From: Haloquadratum walsbyi C23
GTDB lineage: Archaea > Halobacteriota > Halobacteria > Halobacteriales > Haloferacaceae
Reading direction: 5' to 3'
DNA: 32,000 nucleotides
Assembly (NCBI RefSeq): GCF_000237865.1
Contig: NC_017459.1
Span: forward strand, 1,740,001 to 1,772,000
How positions within the stretch are numbered: the stretch's first letter is position 1; every line of letters begins with the position of its first letter. Below, in pieces: positions 1 through 8,676 of this stretch. Below the pieces are notes generated by a model, which did no database searches, was not told the origin of the DNA, and was given only the letters and a program-made list of their open reading frames with translations. The position numbers and the translations under genes were made by a program.

Positions 1-1209
1 GTTAAACCATTCATTCAATTCGCTTGGGTCAGCACCCCACAGCGTTGCAAAGTTTGCAAGCACCATCAGTCGCTGTATGTGATGTGAGTATCCGCGTTGT
101 TTGACATCATCAACCGTTTCGCCAAGGCAAGCCATGTTTGTTTCTCCTGACCAATATGCTGATGGAAGATCATGCTGCGCATCAAGTTGATTTGCTGAGC
201 CAAGTTCAGGCATTGTATGGCGGTAAACATGTCGCATGAATTCTCGCCATCCAAGCATTTGTCTGATGACGCCTTCAACCGAATTCAGTGGAATATCGTC
301 GCGATTATGATATGCAGTTTCGATTTCTTGGATTACCTCAACAGGATGGAGCAATCCAAGGTTTATTGAACTGCCTAACAATGCATGTGACATTGCCCAA
401 TCTTCACGTCGCATTGCATCCTGATACGGACCAAATGATGGAATCCGCTCAGAGATAAAATGATGCAGTTTCTCAAGTGCCTGTTCGCGAGTAACTGGCC
501 AGATGAGTGAGTCTGTGTCTCCCCATGTATCAAACGTTGATTCGACCCATGACATGGTTTCTGTTGTGAGCTCATCATGCTCTGGGTCATATACTGGCGG
601 TGACTCCCAATCATCTGGAGGGAAGTCCCTGTTTTCATCATCATAATTCCACTCGCCGCCAACAGGATCTCCATCATTCATCAATACACCGCTTTTCCCT
701 CGCATCCATCGATAGAATGTCTCGTGTCTGAATGGATCGGTATCTGAATTATTCGCCCACTCATCAAAAGCTGTTGTTGTCCCAACAAAGAGTTCGTTCT
801 CGACAGATCGATACTGCCCACCAACATCTTCAACGAGTTCATCAAACCGCATCGCGCTATTATAGCTTGGTGAGCGCATCTGTATGAGTTCATCATCAGG
901 ATACCGTTCAAAATACTCCGCAAGAGCATCGCTGAACGTGGGTGCTTTGAAATAAACGACATCATATCCCGCATCCTCAAGTTCATCTCTGAAATGTCGC
1001 ATCCCACTAAACATGATTGCGAGTTTATCATGATGATACGATTTTCGTCGTGCAAAATTATGTGCCTCAATCAACAAAACACGGGATCCAGAAGGTGCCC
1101 GTGCGAGCGGACCAACATCAGGATGGAGTTGGGTGCCAAGAATCCACGGCACTGTTGTCTTACCATCCACCTCATATGTCGGGGTCTCCCCGACCAGTGG
1201 TTGTATCAT
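1..1209 (-). CDS. cryptochrome/photolyase-family protein of the FeS-BCP / PhrB-CryB ((6-4) photolyase-like) type; the C-terminus runs off the left edge
   Basis: Missing from the ORF track because it has no stop inside the window. Reading the reverse complement from the ATG at 1209 (cat at 1207-1209) stays open for 403 codons down to position 1. The translation runs MIQPLVGETPTYEVDG...HHDKLAIMFSGMRHFRDELEDAGYDVVYF...FYRWMRGKSGVLMNDGDPVGGEWNYDDENR...NSVEGVIRQMLGWREFMRHVY...YSHHIQRLMVLANFATLWG...NEWFN. These blocks match remembered PhrB/CryB motifs (HHKKKIAFIFSAMRHF, GGRWNFDAENR, VEGFIRQIIGWREYMRGIY, HHIQRLM). Confidence 0.85.
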   Translation of the reverse strand, partial: MIQPLVGETPTYEVDGKTTVPWILGTQLHPDVGPLARAPSGSRVLLIEAHNFARRKSYHHDKLAIMFSGMRHFRDELEDAGYDVVYFKAPTFSDALAEYFERYPDDELIQMRSPSYNSAMRFDELVEDVGGQYRSVENELFVGTTTAFDEWANNSDTDPFRHETFYRWMRGKSGVLMNDGDPVGGEWNYDDENRDFPPDDWESPPVYDPEHDELTTETMSWVESTFDTWGDTDSLIWPVTREQALEKLHHFISERIPSFGPYQDAMRREDWAMSHALLGSSINLGLLHPVEVIQEIETAYHNRDDIPLNSVEGVIRQMLGWREFMRHVYRHTMPELGSANQLDAQHDLPSAYWSGETNMACLGETVDDVKQRGYSHHIQRLMVLANFATLWGADPSELNEWFN

Positions 1210-1486
1210 TATATCTTATACTGGCTAGACAGCAATATCAGTTATCCAATCTTGCATTTGCGTACTGCAATTCTTACTTTAATATGAAACAGTCATGAAT
1301 TAAACTGAGCACTACCCAAGTTGATGAACTGACGCAAGATCATATCCGCCTTGTACTGCGCATGAGTGTGGAGTAGCTCATACCATCAGGTAACGTATCT
1401 TCTCAAATATCATTATTCTCTGATTCGTATTCTGATAGATACTATCCAGTTTTCAAATAACAGAAAGTTATTATCGATGTTTCAGT

Positions 1487-2155
1487 TTATGCCCCAGGAC
1501 CAAGTCCGGCAATATCAGCACTCACTGTTGCAAGTGCATCGGCAGGATTTCGCTCAGCGTCTACAACATGCGTCCAGTGATGATCTGGAAATTCACCAAG
1601 TAACGTATTAATCACACGTCGGTAGTCTGTGAATTCTTCCCGAGTCGCACCCTGCCAGATGTCACCAATGACTGTCATCGAATCAATCCGAATCTCAAGC
1701 GGCGATACCCCATATCGTGTGAGAACACAGGCAAGTCCAAGATGAAGTGCAGCGTACTCAGCGGTGTTATTCCCTGTTCGTGACCCAACTGGTCGTCCAA
1801 CTCGACATAACACCGTTTCATCCGGCGTTTCAACGACAGCCCCTGCTCCTGCTGGTCCTGGGTTCCCCCGAGAACTGCCGTCTGTATACAGTATGAGCTT
1901 CTCAAAATCATGATCACCTAACTGATGAGACGCCTGGATATCGACGGTCGTCTCAAGAACGGTGTCGATTGCATTTCGTCGCTCATCCATCGTTGTTCCT
2001 GGATCAAAAAGTCCACCAAATCCAGGAATCGCATCATCAATGGCATTAATCGCTGTTGTGATGTCGTATGAATACTGTGTGATGACTTCTGCTGTTGCTG
2101 TGGCAAGTGGTGAGAGCGACTCAGTTGGGGGTTCGGGAATTGCGTCTCGCATCAA
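1487..2155 (-). CDS. rnhA: ribonuclease HI (type 1 RNase H) with an acidic N-terminal extension
   Basis: 222-aa ORF. The RNase H core is recognisable: LILYTDGSSRGNPGPAGAGAVV ... TGNNTAEYAALHLGL ... IRIDSMTVI. Composition is acidic. The start could be 2155 or 2152. Confidence 0.85.
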   Translation of the reverse strand: MMRDAIPEPPTESLSPLATATAEVITQYSYDITTAINAIDDAIPGFGGLFDPGTTMDERRNAIDTVLETTVDIQASHQLGDHDFEKLILYTDGSSRGNPGPAGAGAVVETPDETVLCRVGRPVGSRTGNNTAEYAALHLGLACVLTRYGVSPLEIRIDSMTVIGDIWQGATREEFTDYRRVINTLLGEFPDHHWTHVVDAERNPADALATVSADIAGLGPGA

Positions 2156-2365
2156 TATCTAATATGCGTGCTTGTAATCATGTACATGTTAGCACATTGG
2201 TTATCTACGTTTTTATGCCATGCATATTGCCGAATCCTTGAAACAACAGATAGTATATGATATTCCATATATTGCGGATTGTGTCTATTTGACTGAAATA
2301 TCGCTATTGTGGTTAAAATACACAGCGAATACAGTGTATTATATCACGGTGACATAAGCTTAATC

Positions 2366-2878
2366 ATGAGTAATGATGTGACAACATTTGAGTGCTCACA
2401 CTGTGGAAATCTTGGGATTGGTGATGGAGAGATCAGATGCTGTGAGGAGACAATGGAGGTGATAGAAGATGATCCTATTTCAAGCACTCCAACACTCTCT
2501 GAACTTTTGAAAAGTGTCCTTGATATGTCAGAAACAGAATTAGAACTCTGTTTATGTGTAATGGAAGGCGGTTCGGTGACCGTAGCAACACTTGCAGAGC
2601 AAACTGAGTATGATCGGAGTTTAATTAATCGGCATCTCAATCATCTTGCATCAATTGGTGTCGTCAAAAAACAACGACGACTACTTGATAGTGGCGGTGA
2701 GGTGTATATTTATACGCCGGTATCACCAGAAACAGTCCGGGCGCAATTACGTCGTGAATTCCACCAGTGGACTGCAATGGCAACAGCACAGTTGAATGCA
2801 CTTCAACGTGAAAAGGTCGAATCCATCGCTGATCCTGACGACGGGGAGCCAACTTGGGAGGTATTTTACTCAGAATAA
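2366..2878 (+). CDS. transcription regulator with an N-terminal Cys-rich zinc ribbon and a winged HTH (ArsR/TrmB-like)
   Basis: The ATG at 2366 gives MSNDVTTFECSHCGNLGIGDGEIRCCEE... followed by the HTH-like segment SETELELCLCVMEGGSVTVATLAEQTEYDRSLINRHLNHLASIGVVKK. The track ORF starts at a GTG at 2309, which I consider the less likely start. Confidence 0.7.
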   Translation: MSNDVTTFECSHCGNLGIGDGEIRCCEETMEVIEDDPISSTPTLSELLKSVLDMSETELELCLCVMEGGSVTVATLAEQTEYDRSLINRHLNHLASIGVVKKQRRLLDSGGEVYIYTPVSPETVRAQLRREFHQWTAMATAQLNALQREKVESIADPDDGEPTWEVFYSE

Positions 2879-3382
2879 TAATGACTCGCTGGAGTACGCA
2901 ATCATACTCGATTGCTACGGGAGTGATTTGATTTCTGAGGAGGGTATGAGCCTGCAGTAACTGGATTCTATTATCAAAAATCTGCAGTGTTATAATTAAC
3001 TCTGATATAATCTCATAGTCATTAGTGCAAGTCTCTACTGCCGTGATTATCCGTGTCGGTGATACGAGCCACTGAATCCGCGTCATTCGACACCGTCAGT
3101 GAAACTATTCAAATCAATCACTATCAGAGGTGAGGCATCATGGCATTGAGAGGGGTGCGATATTTAGCAATGAGAGAATGACAGCTGGTACAGTGATTGT
3201 GAGTAATCCCGTCCTGCGTATCAACTGATTCTATATCGGTTGTTGATACTGCGACTTTCCTGACTCGAGATGAAACACGCAAGTTGGTGTTCCAGTTCTG
3301 GTATGTATGGATTCATACAGAAACACGCATCTTATTATCACAGTGCCAACCACTGATATACGCACAATACGAATGGAGAAAT

Positions 3383-3682
3383 ATGCAGCTGCGTTCAACA
3401 CCACAACCACTGAACTGCTCAGTGTGTAATGATGAGATCACAGATATTGGATATCTTGCAGCAACAGTGAGTAAAGATGAGTACAAACCAAACCCACAGG
3501 ATGCAGTCTGTAATGCATGCGGGTTCAATCAGATTGGAATGATGGGATGCGCTCCCGAGCTCGCTGATGTAACCGATTTTGACTCCGATTCGGACTCCGG
3601 TTCTGATCAGACACTCGAGCAAACCTTGCTACATGTCCGCATGACAGATAATGGAATCAGTGTGATTAGTGATAAGCAATAG
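3383..3682 (+). CDS. small acidic zinc-ribbon protein (CxxC...CxxC), function unknown
   Basis: The ATG at 3383 inside track ORF 3284-3682 gives MQLRSTPQPLNCSVCNDEI...DAVCNACGF...DFDSDSDSGSDQ. It has two CxxC pairs and an acidic tail. No family was recognised. Confidence 0.45.
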   Translation: MQLRSTPQPLNCSVCNDEITDIGYLAATVSKDEYKPNPQDAVCNACGFNQIGMMGCAPELADVTDFDSDSDSGSDQTLEQTLLHVRMTDNGISVISDKQ

Positions 3683-4010
3683 CATACGATATATTGAATG
3701 AGGTCTCTTATTTTGGGCGTTTATCAGGAGGCACTCACCAGCAACTTATCGATGAAGATCATCATCTGGTAGCTTGATACTATCGTTGCAGGGAACTCAC
3801 TCTCGTGAACAGCACCAGTTGAGTTGTCGATGCTATTAATAAATTTATAATACTCATTAGAGTCGAGAAAACTACATTAATCAACTGTCGGTTATCAGTA
3901 TTGTTATTTTTTCACAACCGCTTGAAGAGAGTAGTCATCACTCAAACAAGTGAGAGATATTATCTTCGGCGAGCCCAGTCATAGTGTTTCATCAAGAATC
4001 AAGCCGGATA

Positions 4011-4043
4011 CCTCGGGGCTTGACCCCGAGGAGGAACCTGACA
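4011..4043 (+). repeat. IS200/IS605-type (TnpB element) subterminal hairpin, cctcggggcttgaccccgagg followed by aggaacctgaca
   Basis: Perfect 8-bp stem (cctcgggg/ccccgagg) with a 5-nt loop at 4011-4031, lying 97 nt upstream of the TnpB-like start at 4128. The same hairpin recurs at 29441-29461, 31351-31384 and 31675-31704. Confidence 0.55.
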
Positions 4044-4127
4044 CTCCATGACACATTCCACGTTTGGTAGTTAACCGACTCCCGATGTATTATATCAATT
4101 CAATATCTTCAGATATACTCATGAAAT

Positions 4128-4575
4128 ATGGAGCTTGTCCGAAACATCCAAATAAAACTCAATGTTCCCGAGGACAAACACTGTGTTCTCGATGAGACGC
4201 CCGAGCAATTCCGTCACGCGGCCCGACGTCGCTGACCACGGATGGAGCGGAAACCCCTCCGAAATCACGGCGAAAAAACACACTCCACGCTCCACGACAA
4301 GATGTATTCTGACGTTCGTGAGGCTCTCTCACTATAATCCAGTCTCGTCCAGAGCGCCCGCAAGCATGAGGCGTTCGAGTGTCTGAAATACGGGTACGAG
4401 AGTCATTCGGACCCTAACGCCGTGAAAACCGACGGACTGTAGCCTTTCCGTCACAGCCAAACTGAAGCGACAGCGGCGTACGATTAACCAGCGGGATGTT
4501 GGATTTGATCTGATCGGTGGATACTCTTTCTGACGGCTAGTGGTCAAAACAGAGGTTTATGTCGAATTCCACGGT
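4128..4575 (+). pseudogene. IS1341-type transposase / TnpB, N-terminal fragment with multiple frameshifts and stops
   Basis: The frame from 4128 reads MELVRNIQIKLNVPEDKHCVLDETPEQFRHAA and then hits TGA. The next recognisable segment, VADHGWSGNPSEITAKKHT, is in another frame (track ORF 4162-4386). LHDKMYSDVREALSL(stop)SSLVQSARKHEAFECLK is back in the first frame. This follows the usual haloarchaeal TnpB N-terminus (KL...L..T...F..A.N...GW....L....Y.dvRe...L.s.lvq.A..kA.ea.k). GC is higher than in the flanks. Similarity ends at the stop of the convergent membrane gene. Confidence 0.7.
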
Positions 4576-5055
4576 TTAAGCAATATCCTCGGAGACATCA
4601 TAGATAACACCGAGCACGACACCATAGAGAAGATGCCACAGCAATGATGGTGGTGCAAAGTTTGGTAATGGTGGACTGGCGGGTGACCCGACAGCACCGA
4701 GCCACACCGGCATCACGAGCGCAGCAAACCCGGCCCACGTAATAACTCCCCATACTACACCGACACCAACTCGTGCGCCAAGCCTCGAGAATCCTCCGAC
4801 ACCGATGAGTGCTGCGAAGATAACGCCAAGAATAGCGCCATGGGAGAGATGGACAAATAATCCAAGCCCAACGTTTGCTGGCGGTGCAAGTGTGTATAAT
4901 GATGGAATCGCGACAGCAAGTGTTGGTGTATTCATTGCAATTATTGCAGCAGCCATCACTATTGCCCCAGCAATGCCCCCAATGACACCTGCTGTCCATT
5001 CACCATTATATACGTCTGCTTGCGGGTTATTCGCCGTTTCAGTCGTCGTTGACAT
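4576..5055 (-). CDS. integral membrane protein (about 4 TM), function unknown
   Basis: 159-aa ORF with a polar N-terminus (MSTTTETANNPQADVYNGEW) followed by Gly/Ala/Ile/Val-rich hydrophobic spans. ORFs overlapping it in other frames or on the other strand look like artefacts. Confidence 0.7.
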   Translation of the reverse strand: MSTTTETANNPQADVYNGEWTAGVIGGIAGAIVMAAAIIAMNTPTLAVAIPSLYTLAPPANVGLGLFVHLSHGAILGVIFAALIGVGGFSRLGARVGVGVVWGVITWAGFAALVMPVWLGAVGSPASPPLPNFAPPSLLWHLLYGVVLGVIYDVSEDIA

Positions 5056-5262
5056 ATCCTAATATACGCTAGAATGCTATAAGATATCGCCGCGGATTCT
5101 TGATATATGCTGCAGGCAGCACAAGATTTATTCACGAGATAAAAAATCAGAATATTACTCCTCTCATCCCACCCGAAGTGGCTCGAAAGATGTGGGAACA
5201 GCACGAGTCATTTTTGAAGAGGCATTGTGGGGCGGTGAGCTCTAAAGGAAACAGCGAGAGTT

Positions 5263-5292
5263 CCACGGGTCACCCGACCCGTGGTCGTTTAC
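5263..5292 (+). repeat. orphan TnpB right-end-like hairpin (ccacgggtcacccgacccgtgg + tcgtttac)
   Basis: 7-bp stem ccacggg/cccgtgg followed by gtcgtttac. The same gtcgtttac terminus closes the element tail at 14237-14245. No TnpB coding sequence is adjacent. Confidence 0.35.
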
Positions 5293-6117
5293 GAACGGTC
5301 GGACTCCATTGGGGCTGCGGGAACCGCCTCAACGGAGACGATTGAACGATATATCGAACGAACAGAACACGCCTCAGTGTCAACGTCACAGCAACATCAA
5401 TACAAAGCCCCGAGAAACTCGCCTTACGTATCTGTAGAAAATCCGTTACGAGCATATGGGAGTCACCGTTTTGGTCATACTTCTGATAATTGTTGGCAAT
5501 GTGAGCACTGTTTCTCTGTGGAGCCGAGGTCATTCGACTAGAATGCCGGCATACGCGTCTTGTATTGAATAACGAGACTCATACTATAGTGACTGATAAG
5601 CAAATCGCGAGGAAATTCAATACGGAAGACATTCGTCATAGACCCTCAGTATTGACCGTTCCAACTTATTGTGATCATCCTTGTTCATGCTCATGTGACA
5701 GTCCAGTTGGACGATCCAGTCGGCGATCATGACCAGACAACTCAATACGCTCACCATGGGACGGCTCATCTTGACGGCGAATTTATTTCACTTCGAATGT
5801 ATGACCGGCTTATAGATGAGATAACAGAGTCTACGTAGTCAAAATCGTGATATATTGACATTGCTGGTGTAATCATTTGCTCTTGCTGTTTCAGTGTCCT
5901 AAGATAATGAGGTATTGTTGATAACTGAGATACCAAACGAAAAACCGATTTTGATAAGTTACTCCCTATATCTGGTAGTTTCTGGTCTGTGCAAGGAACT
6001 CATATCGATACTTGACTCAACGCTCTCAATATGATTCGATGAATGTAAGGATAATATATTTTCTTTCAGTATTCAAACTCGAAGTCGCTCACCAGCAGGT
6101 GAAATCACAATTCCCTC

Positions 6118-7401
6118 ATGGGTACTACCTCGAGGTACCACATGGGGACTAACACAGCAGTCAGTCGGCTACGTGGTGATGGTCGCGGATGGACGCTCAT
6201 CTCGATTGCACTTGGGTGGGTATTCGTTCTTGGTGGTCGGTTTCTCGTTCCTGCTGTCCTCCCACAAGTGAAAACAACGTTTGCTGTCGGTAATCTGGGT
6301 GTTGGCATCGCAGTGACACTTATGTGGGCGACATATGCGATAATGCAATCACCTGCCGGCATCCTCATCGATCGATTAGGCGAACGACGGTTACTCACTG
6401 GAAGCCTTCTTTTCACCGCTGGAAGTGTTGTGATCCTCGGAGCTGCACCAGTATTCATCATTTTCTTATCTGGATGCGGTGTGTTTGGTCTGGCGACTGG
6501 ACTCTACGGTCCCGCCCGTGGTACAGCGTTATCGCGAACATTTCCGAGTAATGACAGTGCCGCGATCGGTGCAACGCTTGCTGCGGGAAGTGTTGGTTCA
6601 GCAGTATTACCATTGACAGCCGGAGCAGTCGTTGATGAGCTTGGGTGGCGCGTTGTGATTATATCATTAGTTCCTCTGCTTGCGGTGACAAGTGTCTTTA
6701 CGCATCGTGTTATTGCAAATAGACATACCACGACCCCACCTGCAGCCTCTGAATCAACCTCACGTTCACAAATTGTCTCGATTCAGGGGCTCATAGCTAA
6801 TGGTATCCGTGCGCTTCGTCACCGTGGAGTTGCTCTCGCGGGAACAGCAGTCGCATTGATGCTATTCGCCTTTCAGGGGCTATCGGCATTTTATGTCACA
6901 TATCTTGTCTCTGCGAAACAACTTGATCAGTCTCTTGCGGCAGGGATGCTTGCACTCTTATTTTTGGGTGGTGCAATCACACAAGTCACTGCCGGAGCGA
7001 TCACGACCCGATTTGGTGAGCGTATTAGCTTGACTGCAATGACAGTGATTGGCGTTCCAGCACTAATTGCAGTGCCGCTTGTCGATGGTATCGTACCACT
7101 TGCTGTTGTTTCGGTGCTTATTGGATCCCGACTTGGTATTGCACCGGTTTCAAATGCGTATATTATTGCTGTGTTACCCGATACCGTCACTGGAACCGCA
7201 TGGGGAACCCTTCGAAGTGGATTTTTCTTATTCGGCGCTACTGGGTCGACTGTCGTTGGAGCAATGGCGAGTCGTGAACTCCTTGCGGAGTCATTTTTCC
7301 TATTAGCAGGTGTTACCGCGATTGCAGCCGTGCTTTATGCGCGTCTCCCTGCTCGAACAGTTGCAAACTCAGATACTAAGGGTGAAACATCTGCTCCATA
7401 A
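6118..7401 (+). CDS. MFS transporter
   Basis: 427-aa ORF with about 12 hydrophobic spans. An MFS-like loop motif is present (QSPAGILIDRLGERRLL) and a central hydrophilic linker separates two 6-TM halves. Confidence 0.85.
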   Translation: MGTTSRYHMGTNTAVSRLRGDGRGWTLISIALGWVFVLGGRFLVPAVLPQVKTTFAVGNLGVGIAVTLMWATYAIMQSPAGILIDRLGERRLLTGSLLFTAGSVVILGAAPVFIIFLSGCGVFGLATGLYGPARGTALSRTFPSNDSAAIGATLAAGSVGSAVLPLTAGAVVDELGWRVVIISLVPLLAVTSVFTHRVIANRHTTTPPAASESTSRSQIVSIQGLIANGIRALRHRGVALAGTAVALMLFAFQGLSAFYVTYLVSAKQLDQSLAAGMLALLFLGGAITQVTAGAITTRFGERISLTAMTVIGVPALIAVPLVDGIVPLAVVSVLIGSRLGIAPVSNAYIIAVLPDTVTGTAWGTLRSGFFLFGATGSTVVGAMASRELLAESFFLLAGVTAIAAVLYARLPARTVANSDTKGETSAP

Positions 7402-7701
7402 TCACTATATGATTAACCTTTGAGAATTGGAGGCGGCACTCTCCTCGATTTGGATAATTCAGATGACTCATCAGAGCGTCGATATGACAGTGTTATAATC
7501 TGTAATAATAGTAACTCTTATTAATTTATCAATTGTAATTGGGATGCCGTCAGAGGCACCAATTAGTTTTTTTCATTTTCAATCTTGGATATTAATACCT
7601 CAAGTTACGATAACTATCCAGTACAGCATATATAAGCGCCTCTGGGTAAGTAGTGCTGCGCAGTTCACATCATTAATATTTCACCGTATAGCATTGTAGT
7701 T

Positions 7702-8598
7702 GTGGGGGTCTCTGTTCGACGTGCAACGGATGCAATACCGCCTGTAGTAGCGCTTGGTATTGCTATTCTTGCAGTAAGCACAAGTGCTATTTTGATCCGA
7801 TACAGTTCAGCGCCAACACTCGTTATTGCACTGTATCGTGTCCTATTCACAACGGTGCTATTGTTGCCTTTTGCGGTTCACTCTTATCGTGATGCATTTT
7901 ATCAACTCTCTCGTCGTGATTGGATTGCTGCGAGTGCAGCTGGTGTCGCTTTGGCATTGCACTTTGCTTTGTGGTTTGAAAGTCTAGCATGGACAAGCGT
8001 GGCTGCCTCTGTGACAATCGTACAAATACAGGTATTGTTTGTTGCGAGTGGTGCAGCGTTATTTCTATCTGAGCGAATTACACGTCGTGCTAGTGTCGGG
8101 ATGATGATTGCACTCTGTGGGATCGCGATTATGTCATTTGGAGGGACAATTGTTGGTGCACCTACCGTAGGATCAGCACCGCTCTATGGGAATGTACTTG
8201 CAATTGTGGCTGCTGTGTGCATGGCTGGGTATGTTCTCACCGGTCGGTCACTCCGGCAGCGCATCCCGCTTGTCCCATATGTTGTGATTGTGTATGCGGT
8301 TTGTGTGGTTGTGCTACTTGCTCTCACGACCGCTGTAAATGATACATTATTTGCGTATCCACCGTATGAATGGTTTCTCTTTCTCCTCATGGCACTTGGA
8401 CCAGGAATTCTCGGTCATACCGTCCTGAATTGGGCTCTTGCACATGTCGAATCAAGTGTTGTCAGTGTCTCACTCCTTGCTGAACCTGTGTGTAGCACGG
8501 TACTTGCAGTAGTATTATTGAGCGAACTCCCGACAAGATTTACTGCGATTGGAGGAGCTATGACACTCATTGGGATTATTATCACCTCTCGACGATGA
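7702..8598 (+). CDS. EamA/DMT-family transporter
   Basis: 298-aa ORF with a GTG start and about 10 TM spans arranged as two EamA-like halves (ILAVSTSAILIRYS...; ...LGPGILGHTVLNWALAHV). Confidence 0.8.
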   Translation: MGVSVRRATDAIPPVVALGIAILAVSTSAILIRYSSAPTLVIALYRVLFTTVLLLPFAVHSYRDAFYQLSRRDWIAASAAGVALALHFALWFESLAWTSVAASVTIVQIQVLFVASGAALFLSERITRRASVGMMIALCGIAIMSFGGTIVGAPTVGSAPLYGNVLAIVAAVCMAGYVLTGRSLRQRIPLVPYVVIVYAVCVVVLLALTTAVNDTLFAYPPYEWFLFLLMALGPGILGHTVLNWALAHVESSVVSVSLLAEPVCSTVLAVVLLSELPTRFTAIGGAMTLIGIIITSRR

Positions 8599-8676
8599 TA
8601 TATCGGTTATAATGACAAATAATATACCATTGGGTAATTATATGAGACGTATTAAAAATGGGGACGAACTGCTTAA

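Noticed and set aside
66-1070. Track ORFs 66-278, 375-677 and 681-1070 (minus strand), plus 994-1298 (plus strand), as genes
   Set aside because: Their translations are Met/Ser/Cys/His-rich and not halophile-like. They lie in other frames or on the other strand of a continuous 403-codon photolyase-family frame (1-1209, minus) that has clear family motifs.
2664-3086. 140-aa minus-strand ORF overlapping the 3' end of the HTH regulator gene
   Set aside because: It overlaps a well-supported gene by about 215 nt. Its composition is Ile/Leu/Thr/Gln-rich and not acidic, and it has no recognisable motifs. It is probably an AT-rich-region artefact.
5281-5541. 86-aa GTG-start ORF with a CWQCEHC string
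   Set aside because: It starts inside the right-end-like hairpin and has no ATG. Only a single Cys cluster is present, and the composition is not convincingly coding. I could not support it.
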